Of a DNA stretch of 39,567 nucleotides, positions 11,135-20,707 are shown in pieces (position 1 is the first letter of the stretch; the number at the start of each line of letters is the position of its first letter). The stretch lies in sequence record SRR31156797_11091; one strand, 5' to 3'. Both the position numbers and the translations under genes were made by a program. A model generated the notes under the pieces. It saw only the letters and a list, made by a program, of their open reading frames with translations, did no database searches and was not told the DNA's origin.

Positions 11135-12802
11135 ATGACAATGAAAAAAGGCTTTATTCTTAAAACAACGATCAGTGCGGCGATTCTAGCGGCACTTGCT
11201 GGGTGTGCATCTCAGCCTTCTCACGAGTGGGAAGCAGATAAAACATATAAGTTAACCATCCTTCACACCAATGACCACCACGGTCGTTTCTGGCAGAACC
11301 GATACGGTGAGTACGGTATGGCTGCGCGTAAGACATTGATCGATAGCATTCGTGCAGAAGTGGCAGCGGAAGGCGGTAGCACACTTCTACTATCGGGTGG
11401 TGATATCAACACAGGTGTTCCTGAATCGGACCTTCAAGACGCTGAGCCAGATTTCAAAGGTATGACTAAGATTGGTTACGATGCAATGGCGCTGGGTAAC
11501 CATGAATTTGATAACCCACTAGAAGTGTTGTTTCAACAAAGAGAGTGGGCTGATTTCCCAATGCTGTCGGCAAACATCTACGACAAAGCAACCGGTAAAC
11601 GTCTGTTCCAACCGTACCAAATGTTTGATAAGCAGGGTATTAAGATTGCGGTTATCGGTTTAACGACGGAAGATACTGCGAAAATTGGTAACCCGGAGTT
11701 TATCGGTGGTATCGAGTTCCGCGACCCGAAAGAAGAAGCGAAAAAGCTTATCGCTGAGCTAAATGAAACTGAGCATCCTGATCTCATCATTGCTGCTACT
11801 CACATGGGCCACTACCAAAACGGTGAGTTTGGTATTAATGCGCCTGGTGACGTCGCGCTTGCTCGTTATCTGGACGAAGGCGATCTTGATATGATCGTTG
11901 GTGGTCACTCTCAAGAGCCGGTTTGTATGGAAGGCCCTAATCTAGTGAAGAAAAACTTCGCGCCAGGTGATGAGTGTAAGCCTGATATGCAAAATGGAAC
12001 GTACATCGTACAAGCCTTTGAATGGGGTAAGTATGTGGGCCGTGCAGATTACGAGTTCCGCAATGGCGAACTAAACATGGTGAGCTACGACTTGATCCCT
12101 GTAAACCTTAAGAAGAAAATTAAGGTTAACGGTGAAAGCAAACGTGTGATAGCAACGACCGAGATCGCTGAAGACCAAGAGCTACTAGAGTTCTTACGCC
12201 CTTACCAAGAAAAAGGCCAAGAGCAATTAGGTGCGAAAGTCGCTGAAACTAACGGTAAGTTAGAAGGTGACCGTAACGTTGTTCGTTTCCAGCAAACTAA
12301 CCTAGGTCGTCTGATTGCGACAGCGCATATGCAACGTGCTAAAGCTGACTTTGCTGTTATGAACTCTGGTGGTGTACGTGACTCTATCGCCGCTGGTGAT
12401 GTGACCTACAAAGACGTACTGAAAGTTCAACCTTTCGCAAACATCCTGACTTACATCGATATGACAGGCCAAGAAGTACTGGATTACTTGAACGTAGTCG
12501 CGACTAAGCCCGTTGATTCAGGTGCCTACGCTCAGTTCGCAGGTATCTCAATGCATGTTGAAGACGGTAAAGTGTCGAATGTATTTATTGGTGGCAAACA
12601 GCTTCGCCTAGACGATACCTATCGCTTCACAATCCCAAGCTACAACGCTGCGGGTGGTGACGGTTATCCGAAGATCACGGGTCTTAAAGGTTTCGTAAAC
12701 ACAGGCTTTGTTGATGCTGAGGTGTTGAAAGATTACCTAGAAGCTAACAGCCCAATTGATGTAAACCAATATGCGCCATCAGGTGAGATTGTTTACAAAT
12801 AA
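11135..12802 (+). CDS. ushA: UDP-sugar hydrolase / 5'-nucleotidase lipoprotein (UshA, NutA)
   Basis: Lipobox LAGC; metallophosphoesterase motifs LHTNDHHG, GGDINTG, GNHEFD, GGHSQ; C-terminal NSGGVR nucleotidase domain. Confidence 0.95.
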   Translation: MTMKKGFILKTTISAAILAALAGCASQPSHEWEADKTYKLTILHTNDHHGRFWQNRYGEYGMAARKTLIDSIRAEVAAEGGSTLLLSGGDINTGVPESDLQDAEPDFKGMTKIGYDAMALGNHEFDNPLEVLFQQREWADFPMLSANIYDKATGKRLFQPYQMFDKQGIKIAVIGLTTEDTAKIGNPEFIGGIEFRDPKEEAKKLIAELNETEHPDLIIAATHMGHYQNGEFGINAPGDVALARYLDEGDLDMIVGGHSQEPVCMEGPNLVKKNFAPGDECKPDMQNGTYIVQAFEWGKYVGRADYEFRNGELNMVSYDLIPVNLKKKIKVNGESKRVIATTEIAEDQELLEFLRPYQEKGQEQLGAKVAETNGKLEGDRNVVRFQQTNLGRLIATAHMQRAKADFAVMNSGGVRDSIAAGDVTYKDVLKVQPFANILTYIDMTGQEVLDYLNVVATKPVDSGAYAQFAGISMHVEDGKVSNVFIGGKQLRLDDTYRFTIPSYNAAGGDGYPKITGLKGFVNTGFVDAEVLKDYLEANSPIDVNQYAPSGEIVYK

Positions 12803-12830
12803 TCGATGAGTTGAACATCAAGTCATAGTG

Positions 12831-12857
12831 AAAGCGGTGCATAAGCACCGCTTTTTT
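12831..12857 (+). terminator. Intrinsic terminator of ushA
   Basis: AAAGCGGTGC-ATAA-GCACCGCTTTTTT. Confidence 0.85.
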
Positions 12858-12925
12858 ATTGAAGTGAGTTAAGTATAAGAGATAAGCTAATGCGCATAGT
12901 GGTATAAGCGTCGTAAGGAAATGAA

Positions 12926-13399
12926 ATGACACCAGCGATTGAGTTAGCAAAGAAAAAGAAAGTGCCGCATAGTATTCATCAATATGAGCATGATCCCAGT
13001 AATGCTAGCTACGGTTTAGAAGCGGCAGAAGCGCTAGGGCAAGATCCGAAAACCGTGTTTAAAACGTTATTGTTCAGCCTGAATGGTGAAGATAAGAGCC
13101 TCGCCGTTGCGATAATTCCTGTCGATCAAAAACTCAACTTAAAGCTGGCGGCCAAAGCGGCTAAAGCCAAAAAAGCGGATATGGCTAACCCAGATATCGC
13201 ACAAAAGACGACGGGCTATGTGGTGGGCGGTATCAGCCCGCTGGGTCAAAAAAAATCTTTACCAACATTTATTCACCACAGTGCCACAGAACTCGAGACG
13301 ATGTGTGTGAGTGCAGGAAAAAGAGGATTAGAGATAGAACTGAGTCCTAAGGATTTAGCCGTGCTGACTCGCGCTCAGTTTGTTGATTTATGTCTTTAA
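12926..13399 (+). CDS. ybaK: Cys-tRNA(Pro) deacylase YbaK
   Basis: MTPAI, VFKTL, TGYVVGGISPLGQKK, SAGKRG. Confidence 0.95.
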   Translation: MTPAIELAKKKKVPHSIHQYEHDPSNASYGLEAAEALGQDPKTVFKTLLFSLNGEDKSLAVAIIPVDQKLNLKLAAKAAKAKKADMANPDIAQKTTGYVVGGISPLGQKKSLPTFIHHSATELETMCVSAGKRGLEIELSPKDLAVLTRAQFVDLCL

Positions 13400-13418
13400 G
13401 GATGATGTTTTCAATAAT

Positions 13419-13445
13419 AAAAACGGCCTCAATAGAGGCCGTTTT
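13419..13445. terminator. Bidirectional terminator between ybaK and uraA
   Basis: AAAAACGGCCTC-AATA-GAGGCCGTTTT between convergent genes. Confidence 0.8.
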
Positions 13446-13463
13446 ACTCAATTCGAAGATTGA

Positions 13464-14720
13464 TTAAGAATTTTGTGTATCTTCTTCCATTTGAGCATTA
13501 TCCACTACGTGGTTTTCACCCAAATCTTTTGGAAGCACAAGGTTCAGAACAATCGCAACGATACCACATAAGCTCACACCTTGAAGGCTAAAATCACCCA
13601 CACCGAAAGCCATACCACCGATACCAAATACCAGTGTTACTGCAACGATCACTAGGTTGCGAGATTTGTGTAGATCAACGTGGTTTTTGATCAGTGTATT
13701 TAGACCCACAGTCGCAATTGAACCGAACAGAAGAATCATGATGCCGCCCATTACTGGTACAGGAATCGTCTGTAACAAAGCGCCAAGTTTACCAACTAAT
13801 GCTAGTACGATAGCCGTTACCGCAGCCCAAGTCATGATCACAGGGTTAAATGCTTTGGTTAGCATTACTGCGCCAGTCACTTCTGAGTAAGTAGTATTTG
13901 GCGGCGCGCCCACAAATGCAGCAAACATGGTTGCCACTCCGTCACCCGTAATAGTGCGGTGAAGGCCGGGTTTCTTGATGTAGTCTTTATTGGTTACGTT
14001 TGAAATGGCCAGCATGTCACCCACGTGTTCAACCGCAGGTGCAATTGCTACAGGAATCATGAACAAGATTGCATTGATATTGAACTCAGGGAAAGTGAAG
14101 TTTGGCATAGCTAACCAAGCCGCTTCGCGCACAGGAGTAAAGTCAACAACACCAAAGAATAGAGAAAGTGAATAACCAGCGACAATACCACAAACGATTG
14201 GAACTAATTTGAAGTAACCTTTAGCGAAAACGCTAGCGATAATAGTGACAACGAGTGATACACAAGAAATCCAAAGAGAAGCGTCCGCGTCGACTAATTG
14301 GAATGCTCCGTCACCGCTTTTACCAAATGCCATATTAACCGCTGCTGGGGCTAAGCCGAGACCGATAACCATGATGACAGGGCCAACCACAACCGGTGGC
14401 AGGATCTTGTGAATAAATTCAACACCGCGAACTTTAATTAAGCCGCCAAGCAGAACGTATACTGCGCCTGCCGCAACCAGACCGCCCATCGTTGCAGGAA
14501 TACCCCATGTCTGAACACCAAACATAATAGGAGCAATAAAAGCAAAAGAGGAAGCGAGGAAGATTGGAACAGAACGACGGGTAATAAGTTGGAAGATTAG
14601 AGTGCCGACACCAGCACCAAATAAAGCGACGTTAGGATCAAGTCCCGTCAGGAGCGGAACAAGCACTAGCGCTCCAAATGCAACAAACAGCATCTGAGTG
14701 CCTAAAATGGCATTTTTCAT
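13464..14720 (-). CDS. uraA: Uracil/xanthine permease (NCS2/NAT family, UraA-like)
   Basis: [32 protein letters not shown] signature region; many TM helices. Confidence 0.9.
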   Translation of the reverse strand: MKNAILGTQMLFVAFGALVLVPLLTGLDPNVALFGAGVGTLIFQLITRRSVPIFLASSFAFIAPIMFGVQTWGIPATMGGLVAAGAVYVLLGGLIKVRGVEFIHKILPPVVVGPVIMVIGLGLAPAAVNMAFGKSGDGAFQLVDADASLWISCVSLVVTIIASVFAKGYFKLVPIVCGIVAGYSLSLFFGVVDFTPVREAAWLAMPNFTFPEFNINAILFMIPVAIAPAVEHVGDMLAISNVTNKDYIKKPGLHRTITGDGVATMFAAFVGAPPNTTYSEVTGAVMLTKAFNPVIMTWAAVTAIVLALVGKLGALLQTIPVPVMGGIMILLFGSIATVGLNTLIKNHVDLHKSRNLVIVAVTLVFGIGGMAFGVGDFSLQGVSLCGIVAIVLNLVLPKDLGENHVVDNAQMEEDTQNS

Positions 14721-14765
14721 GTTTTTTCCCTGCAGCTAAACAAAATTCGCGGGATTCTATCACTT

Positions 14766-14781
14766 TTGCAAACGTTTGCCA
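14766..14781. promoter_or_regulatory. Putative PurR operator overlapping the uraA promoter
   Basis: Palindromic core GCAAACGTTTGC (14768-14779) upstream of a minus-strand TAGAAT -10 (14759-14754). Confidence 0.65.
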
Positions 14782-14940
14782 TGGGAACTAGATCAATTTT
14801 TGTTAATTTTGTCATTTACAGTTAACTCAATAAGGTGCAGATAGTCGGGATTTTTGAGCACAGTTTAGGCGACTAATCTTGCTCCGTCATGGATAGTTGC
14901 TTATCATCTGTTTTCAGAAACTTAGAAATTTGAGAACACT

Positions 14941-16173
14941 ATGCGCTACTTAGCTTTTTTGTTGATGGGAGTGATATCTCTTCCCGCGTCTGCACTGACT
15001 AAAGTGAATCTTTATAAGACTCAAGTCACTATTGACCAAACACAAGAAAACGCAGATGCCGAAGCAAGACAGCTTGGAATGCAAGAGGTCATTATTCGTG
15101 CAACGGGTGATAAAAATTCGCCAAACAATGAAGTGATTCAGAAGGCGCTGGGTAAGTACAACAGTTACTTGAACCAATTCAGCTACAGTCAGGTGGGCGA
15201 TAGCTCGGTAATGACTATTGAATTTGGCGCACCTCAAATTCGCTCTTTGATTACTCAGGCGCAACTGCCATTCTGGTCTGAAAATCGTGCCAATATATTG
15301 GTTTGGCTGGTGGAAGAATCTTCATACGACCGCTCAATCAGTTGGGAGCATTCCGATTCAAGTTTGTTGCAGCAACTGAGAATGACGGCTGCTACTCGCG
15401 GTTTACCGATTACTGTTCCTGTCGGCGATTTTGATGACATCACTGGCGTAGAAATTTCAGACTTGTGGGGAGGGTTTGTTAAGCCGATCAGTTTAGCAAG
15501 TGATCGTTACCCAACCGACGCGATTTTGGTTGTTCGTGCTCAAGGCAATGATTTACGTTGGACTCTGTATGATCAAAATGCTTATGACATGCTGAACTCT
15601 CAACAATCGCCGATGACAGGAAGAGCATCAGGTTCGGCATCGGCTGCTGAAATGATAGATCAAATCAGTGACTACTATGCGCGTAAGAATGCTGTGGTGG
15701 TTGGCTCGGAATCTTCACAGACGGTAATGGCAACATTCAGTGCCATTGAAGATGCAGACGATTTCTTTCGATTAGAAAAACGTTTGAAACGCCTAAACTC
15801 GGTGGCATCGCTGGATATTTTGAAAATTCAAGGCACAGACGTGACGTTTGATGTTCACTTGTTAGCCAGCGAAAAGGAGTTTGAGCAAGAGGTCTTACGT
15901 ATTGCTCAGGTTCAAAAAGCTGAGCCACCGCAACAACCTCAACCTGTACTTGAAGAGCCTAGTTTGATTACAGAACCGGTGGTCAATACTCAAACCGAAG
16001 AAGGTGCCGTAGTTGAAGAAGGTGTCTTAGTTGAAGATAATGATGTTCAAGTCGGAGCCGCCGATGCAGAGCAAGTGACGCCAACAAGTCCTTCAGTTTC
16101 GTTGACTGAACCTTCTCAGGTTGAACTTGTTACCCCCGAAACAACAACTCTCTACTTTAGGTGGTTAGATTAA
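14941..16173 (+). CDS. DUF2066 family exported protein
   Basis: Signal peptide, LPFWSENR..ILVWLV, RGLP..P.GDFDD motifs; adjacent to DUF2069/wrbA. Confidence 0.75.
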   Translation: MRYLAFLLMGVISLPASALTKVNLYKTQVTIDQTQENADAEARQLGMQEVIIRATGDKNSPNNEVIQKALGKYNSYLNQFSYSQVGDSSVMTIEFGAPQIRSLITQAQLPFWSENRANILVWLVEESSYDRSISWEHSDSSLLQQLRMTAATRGLPITVPVGDFDDITGVEISDLWGGFVKPISLASDRYPTDAILVVRAQGNDLRWTLYDQNAYDMLNSQQSPMTGRASGSASAAEMIDQISDYYARKNAVVVGSESSQTVMATFSAIEDADDFFRLEKRLKRLNSVASLDILKIQGTDVTFDVHLLASEKEFEQEVLRIAQVQKAEPPQQPQPVLEEPSLITEPVVNTQTEEGAVVEEGVLVEDNDVQVGAADAEQVTPTSPSVSLTEPSQVELVTPETTTLYFRWLD

Positions 16174-16201
16174 TCCCAAAAAATTAGATTAATCCCAATA
16201 G

Positions 16202-16224
16202 AAAAGCCCCTGAAGGGGCTTTTT
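16202..16224. terminator. Bidirectional terminator
   Basis: AAAAGCCCC-TGAA-GGGGCTTTTT between convergent genes. Confidence 0.8.
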
Positions 16225-16238
16225 AGATTTTATGACAA

Positions 16239-16664
16239 CTACTTTTCGAAACGTTTCTTTTCTTGTTTTTCTACTACTGAAAGTTTAGTCAGTTTTAACC
16301 CTAACTCCTTGCCACGATGTCTTGCATACAAAATGTTGCCAAAGAACGCAGCAAAGGTCAGCAATAACTCAACGCTCGCTAACCATCGTTCACCATCATC
16401 AATATAGATAATGGTAAACGCGTGGAGAAAGTAGAGCATTAAAATGAAGTTTGCCCACGCGTGAGTATAAGGTTTACCCGCCAGTATCCCAGGTAAAGGT
16501 AGCAGCAACGGGATCAGCCAGGCTATCGTGAGAGTAAACGGGTTTACATGAGGATGGGGTGACAGCTCTAGCTGCCATAAGGCTATCCATCCAATTAAAG
16601 CGATATTACCGGCTAATGCTAGCCAGCGAAATTGCTTGGTTTGGGGTGTCATTTCAACACTCAT
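16239..16664 (-). CDS. DUF2069 membrane protein
   Basis: PLLLPLPGIL.GKPYTHAWANF motif, four TM segments; 4-nt overlap with wrbA. Confidence 0.8.
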   Translation of the reverse strand: MSVEMTPQTKQFRWLALAGNIALIGWIALWQLELSPHPHVNPFTLTIAWLIPLLLPLPGILAGKPYTHAWANFILMLYFLHAFTIIYIDDGERWLASVELLLTFAAFFGNILYARHRGKELGLKLTKLSVVEKQEKKRFEK

Positions 16665-17236
16665 TTTACGTCCTTCAATTGACTTGCTATGGTGGCGAGT
16701 CGTTTTCCTAATTGGCGGGCTAACTCGCTCTCATCATCCGTTAAGGTACTGCTCATTTGAGAAACATGGCTTGCTCCGTAAGGTGTGCCTCCCGTTCTCG
16801 AGGTATGCAGTTTCGGTTCCGAATAGGGGATTCCCATAACCAACATGCCATGATGAAGCAGAGGCAACATCATACTTTGCAATGTACTCTCTTGCCCGCC
16901 ATGCAGGGTTGAAGAGGCGGTAAAAACACAAGCAGGCTTATCTATTAAATCACCATTTAGCCAAAGCGGTGTGGTTTGATCCCAGAAATGCTTTAACGGA
17001 GCAGCCATATTGCCAAACCAAGCAGGGCTACCAAAGGCAAGCCCGTCGCAATGCTTAAGTTCTGCAAGGGTAAGCAATGGATCTGTCGCTTGATAGTCAG
17101 AGCGTTCAAGCTCAGGGACAGTACGTAAAATCGCTTCACAATTTGCAACGCTATTGATGCCCCTGGCTATTTGGCGAGCAAGAGCTTGAGTACTACCATG
17201 GCGGCTGTAATACAAAACAACCAATTTGGTTATCAT
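16661..17236 (-). CDS. wrbA: NAD(P)H:quinone oxidoreductase WrbA
   Basis: YYSRHGST, GSP.WFGNM, HGGQE, GGTPYGAS flavodoxin motifs. Confidence 0.92.
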   Translation of the reverse strand: MITKLVVLYYSRHGSTQALARQIARGINSVANCEAILRTVPELERSDYQATDPLLTLAELKHCDGLAFGSPAWFGNMAAPLKHFWDQTTPLWLNGDLIDKPACVFTASSTLHGGQESTLQSMMLPLLHHGMLVMGIPYSEPKLHTSRTGGTPYGASHVSQMSSTLTDDESELARQLGKRLATIASQLKDVK

Positions 17237-17583
17237 AAAATCTCTAGTACTTGCTCAGGTGGGCGACCAAGACGAGCTTTGCCGTTTGCCACAACGATAG
17301 GACGCTCGATAAGTTTTGGATTTTCAACCATTGCTGAAAATAGTTGATCATCACTCACGCTGTCATCCGCTAAGTTTAACTCTTTATAGAGGCTCTCTTT
17401 GGTGCGCATCATATCGCGAACTTGAGGTAGACCTAGCTGCGCAAACAAGGTTTTAAGCAGCTCGACAGTCAAAGGTTGCTCTAGATATTTCACCACTTCT
17501 GGTGTGACTTTGTTTTCTTCTAATAGTGCGAGTGTTTCTCGGCTTTTTGAACATCTTGGGTTGTGATAAATCACGACAGACAT
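17233..17583 (-). CDS. ArsC-family reductase (YfgD-like)
   Basis: YHNPRCSKSR, LIERPIV, GRPPE; downstream of bepA as in enterobacteria. Confidence 0.88.
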   Translation of the reverse strand: MSVVIYHNPRCSKSRETLALLEENKVTPEVVKYLEQPLTVELLKTLFAQLGLPQVRDMMRTKESLYKELNLADDSVSDDQLFSAMVENPKLIERPIVVANGKARLGRPPEQVLEIL

Positions 17584-17655
17584 ACGATTTTCCTTACTTT
17601 CTTCTGTTCGGTCTAAAGACTCTTTTTCCAGTGGTTAAGCGTCACTGAAGGTGTT

Positions 17656-19119
17656 TTATTGTAATGATAAGAAGCGTTCTCGTTGAACCATTAATTGGTC
17701 AATTCGAGCGTCATATCGAGCTTGTTCTAAGCTGCCCAGCTTCGCCAGTTGGCTTGCTTGCGTATATAAGCGAATAGCTTCATTCCAGTTAGCTCTTAAT
17801 GCCAGAATTTCAGCTCGCGCTGCTAAGTCTTCCTGTTCATTGCCATTGCGATTATTAGCTTCTGATAGCAGGTGCCAGCCATTGGTGTCATTAGGGTTAT
17901 CGTGGGTGTAACGCTGCAGGACACGAATGGCATCGCTAAATTGGTCTTTTTTCAACAAGGCATTGGCATAGTTAATCGTCAACACCGCGTTGTTAGGGGT
18001 TTGCTTTAACGCATTTTCTAGCATGGTTTGCGCTTGATCCGCTTGATTGGTCGCAATGTACAAATCACTCATTGTGTCGAGATAGAACCGATTGCTCGGC
18101 TGATCTTTGAGCAGTTTATCTAAAATAGGTTTTGCTTTGTCGTACTGTTTTGAATCGACGTAAACCAAAGCTTTACCGTAGTCGAAAGCAACTTTTAATG
18201 CAGGGTCTGTGGTTTTATTTTGGGTTCGAGTGAACCAATCTAACGCAGCTTCACTATCAATGCCGGCATAGCGTGCAACGATTCTCGCTCGCGCCAAGTG
18301 ATAATCCAAATCGGGTTTTAAGTTCACCGATGGGTAGTGTTGCGCTCGCTCACGGCTATCCGTAATACGGTCTTCGGGTAGCGGGTGGGTCAATAGCATT
18401 GGTGGTGGAGTGCTGGCATAGCGATACTCATCCGCTAAACGGCCAAAGAAGCGTGGCATTGCGCGAACATCAAAGCCAGATTTTGCCAGTGTTGCGATAC
18501 CAAAACGGTCCGCTTCTTTTTCGTTGCTACGGGTATAGTTGATCTGACTTTGAATGTTTCCAGCGGTGGTTGCTGTCAATGCTGCGATCCCAGCTTCTGG
18601 CGCGGCTATAGCAAGTAACAGTGATCCCGCGAGCGCTGCCATCGTTGCTGGCGAGCGGCGAGCTTGATCTTCCATACTCCGAGCAAGGTGACGCTGGGTT
18701 ACGTGTGCAATCTCGTGAGCCATCACTGAAGCGAGTTCACTTTCTGTTTGTGCATGAAGAAACAGCCCCGAATGAATCGCCACGTAACCGCCAAAAAAGG
18801 CGAATGCGTTGATGTTACGATCTCGGATCATAAAGAAGGTAAAAGGGGTTTTTACATCATCAGCATTAGCAACGAGTTTATGTCCCAACGTATCAATGTA
18901 CTCGTTGAGAACGGGGTCGTTGATAATAGGCTTACTGTTTCTGAGCATGCGCATATAGGCGTCACCGTAAATCAGTTCTTGATCTATGGTGAGGGTAGAG
19001 CCTGCGACAGTACCAATATCAGGGAGCTCAATAGTGTTGTTTGCGTACGAAAGGGAAGGCAGGCAAACGGCGGTTGAAATACATAGGCAAACTAATGAAC
19101 GAGTACGTTTTAACATCAT
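17656..19119 (-). CDS. bepA: Beta-barrel assembly-enhancing protease BepA (M48 plus TPR)
   Basis: NAFA, HEIAH zinc motif, EKEADRFG, THP, C-terminal TPRs. Start probably 19119 or 19116; the ORF track starts at 19152. Confidence 0.93.
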   Translation of the reverse strand: MMLKRTRSLVCLCISTAVCLPSLSYANNTIELPDIGTVAGSTLTIDQELIYGDAYMRMLRNSKPIINDPVLNEYIDTLGHKLVANADDVKTPFTFFMIRDRNINAFAFFGGYVAIHSGLFLHAQTESELASVMAHEIAHVTQRHLARSMEDQARRSPATMAALAGSLLLAIAAPEAGIAALTATTAGNIQSQINYTRSNEKEADRFGIATLAKSGFDVRAMPRFFGRLADEYRYASTPPPMLLTHPLPEDRITDSRERAQHYPSVNLKPDLDYHLARARIVARYAGIDSEAALDWFTRTQNKTTDPALKVAFDYGKALVYVDSKQYDKAKPILDKLLKDQPSNRFYLDTMSDLYIATNQADQAQTMLENALKQTPNNAVLTINYANALLKKDQFSDAIRVLQRYTHDNPNDTNGWHLLSEANNRNGNEQEDLAARAEILALRANWNEAIRLYTQASQLAKLGSLEQARYDARIDQLMVQRERFLSLQ

Positions 19120-19296
19120 GTTCTTAATGGATACTCCACAATCATTTATCATTAGGACATTGCCAATTCGAATTGGTTTCCGGATAGGTATAGCGGTTAG
19201 TGTAAAACAGTTTTTATTGGATAGATAACTGTTAGCCTAGAAACCTTTAACTGGTGTGATAAAGGTGGCACATAGCCAAAAAGCCGATACAATGTC

Positions 19297-19345
19297 TAAG
19301 CCAAGTAACCTTATCAAGTCAGTATCTTGAGGCCACTTAGGTACA
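19297..19345. repeat. Degenerate third copy of the ERIC/MITE-like element
   Basis: CCAAGTAACC...GTATCTTGAGGCCACTTAGGTACA resembles the arms of the 6636 and 9043 copies. Confidence 0.45.
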
Positions 19346-19371
19346 CCCTATATTAAGGATTGAGCCGAAGA

Positions 19372-19617
19372 ATGGAACCGAATATTCTCGATTTACGCCA
19401 GCAGCGGTGTCCGATGACATTATTACTTGCTAAACGTCACACTGCTAAGTTAGCGTCAGGTGAATCTGTTACCATTCTAATTAGCGAAGTGGGTTCGCTG
19501 AAAGATATTGAAAGCTATTTGTCCAATCACAATTATTCCTGCAGTAACAGCCTCAGTGAGGGGTATTACTCACTGACAGTCGTAAAGGAGACATCGTTAA
19601 ATGTTCGAAATGGTTAG
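19372..19617 (+). CDS. TusA/SirA-like sulfur-carrier family protein
   Basis: LDLRQQRCPM N-terminal motif, about 80 aa; likely start MEPNIL. Confidence 0.8.
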   Translation: MEPNILDLRQQRCPMTLLLAKRHTAKLASGESVTILISEVGSLKDIESYLSNHNYSCSNSLSEGYYSLTVVKETSLNVRNG

Positions 19618-20677
19618 TCGCTGGTATAAGCGACGTTTCTCTGATCCTCATGCCGTAAGCTTGGTTGCTATCCTTTTCTTCGGTTTCATCATCATTTATT
19701 TTTTCGGACATCTTATCGCCCCTTTACTGGTTGCTATTGTTCTGGCTTATCTTCTTGAATGGCCCGTCGCTCAGCTGTGTCGTTGGAAAGTGCCGCGAAC
19801 TTTTGCCGTTGTCACCGTAATCCTGATTTTTGTTGGCTTGATGTTGCTTGCCGTATTTGGTTTGGTTCCAACCATTTGGCAACAGGTGGCGAACTTGGTA
19901 GCGGATATTCCTAAGATGTACGCAGGGTTACAGAAAGTCATCTCAACATTGCCAGAACGTTACCCTGAACTCGCTAATTTGCAGATTGTTGAATCGATTA
20001 TGAACAATGCAAAAGACAAAGCGTTGGGCATGGGTGAGTCGGTAGTCAAAGGGTCACTGGCATCGATAGTCAGTATTGCCACTTTGGGGGTTTACCTGAT
20101 TTTAGTGCCTTTGTTGGTGTTTTTCTTACTTAAAGATAAGCAACAAATGCTCAACATGGCCAGTGGCATGATGCCGAGAAACCGTCGACTGGCTAATAAA
20201 GTGTGGTTGGAAATGAACCAACAAATCTCTAACTATATTCGTGGCAAAGTGTTAGAGATCATCATTGTGGGTACGGTTAGTTATGTCACTTTTGCCATTT
20301 TAGATTTACGTTACTCCGTATTGCTTTCCGTTGCTGTTGGTTTCTCGGTATTGATTCCCTATATCGGGGCAGCCGCAGTTACTGTACCTATTGCGATTGT
20401 AGGTTTGTTTCAGTGGGAGCTAACTTCTCAGTTCTACTACTTGTTGATTGCCTACGGCATTATTCAAATGCTGGACGGTAACGTGTTAGTGCCAATTCTG
20501 TTTTCTGAAGCGGTTAACCTACACCCTGTCGCTATTATTGTTGCGGTATTGGTGTTTGGTGGTATGTGGGGATTTTGGGGGGTATTTTTCGCGATACCTC
20601 TGGCGACCTTAGTTAAGGCCGTATGGAACGCACTGCCTCCTAGTCATGATGATGAAGTGATTACTCAGGCGGACTAA
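19601..20677 (+). CDS. perM: AI-2E family transporter (PerM-like)
   Basis: RRFSDP, NYIRGK, LIPYIGA, DGNVLVP.LFSEAVNLHP, WGFWGVFFAIP. Confidence 0.88.
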   Translation: MFEMVSRWYKRRFSDPHAVSLVAILFFGFIIIYFFGHLIAPLLVAIVLAYLLEWPVAQLCRWKVPRTFAVVTVILIFVGLMLLAVFGLVPTIWQQVANLVADIPKMYAGLQKVISTLPERYPELANLQIVESIMNNAKDKALGMGESVVKGSLASIVSIATLGVYLILVPLLVFFLLKDKQQMLNMASGMMPRNRRLANKVWLEMNQQISNYIRGKVLEIIIVGTVSYVTFAILDLRYSVLLSVAVGFSVLIPYIGAAAVTVPIAIVGLFQWELTSQFYYLLIAYGIIQMLDGNVLVPILFSEAVNLHPVAIIVAVLVFGGMWGFWGVFFAIPLATLVKAVWNALPPSHDDEVITQAD

Positions 20678-20707
20678 TTAACGCCACTTAATTAGGTTAA
20701 CCATTTG

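Noticed and set aside
17233..17583. Arsenic-resistance locus suggested by two ArsC-family genes (second at 28211-28561)
   Set aside because: No arsR, arsB or acr3 nearby; both sit in housekeeping yfgD-like and yffB-like contexts
19260..19290. sigma28 (TAAA...GCCGATAC) or sigma54 (TGGCAC) promoter before the tusA-like gene
   Set aside because: The sigma28 spacer is 19 rather than 15 bp, and there is no TTGC at the -12 position
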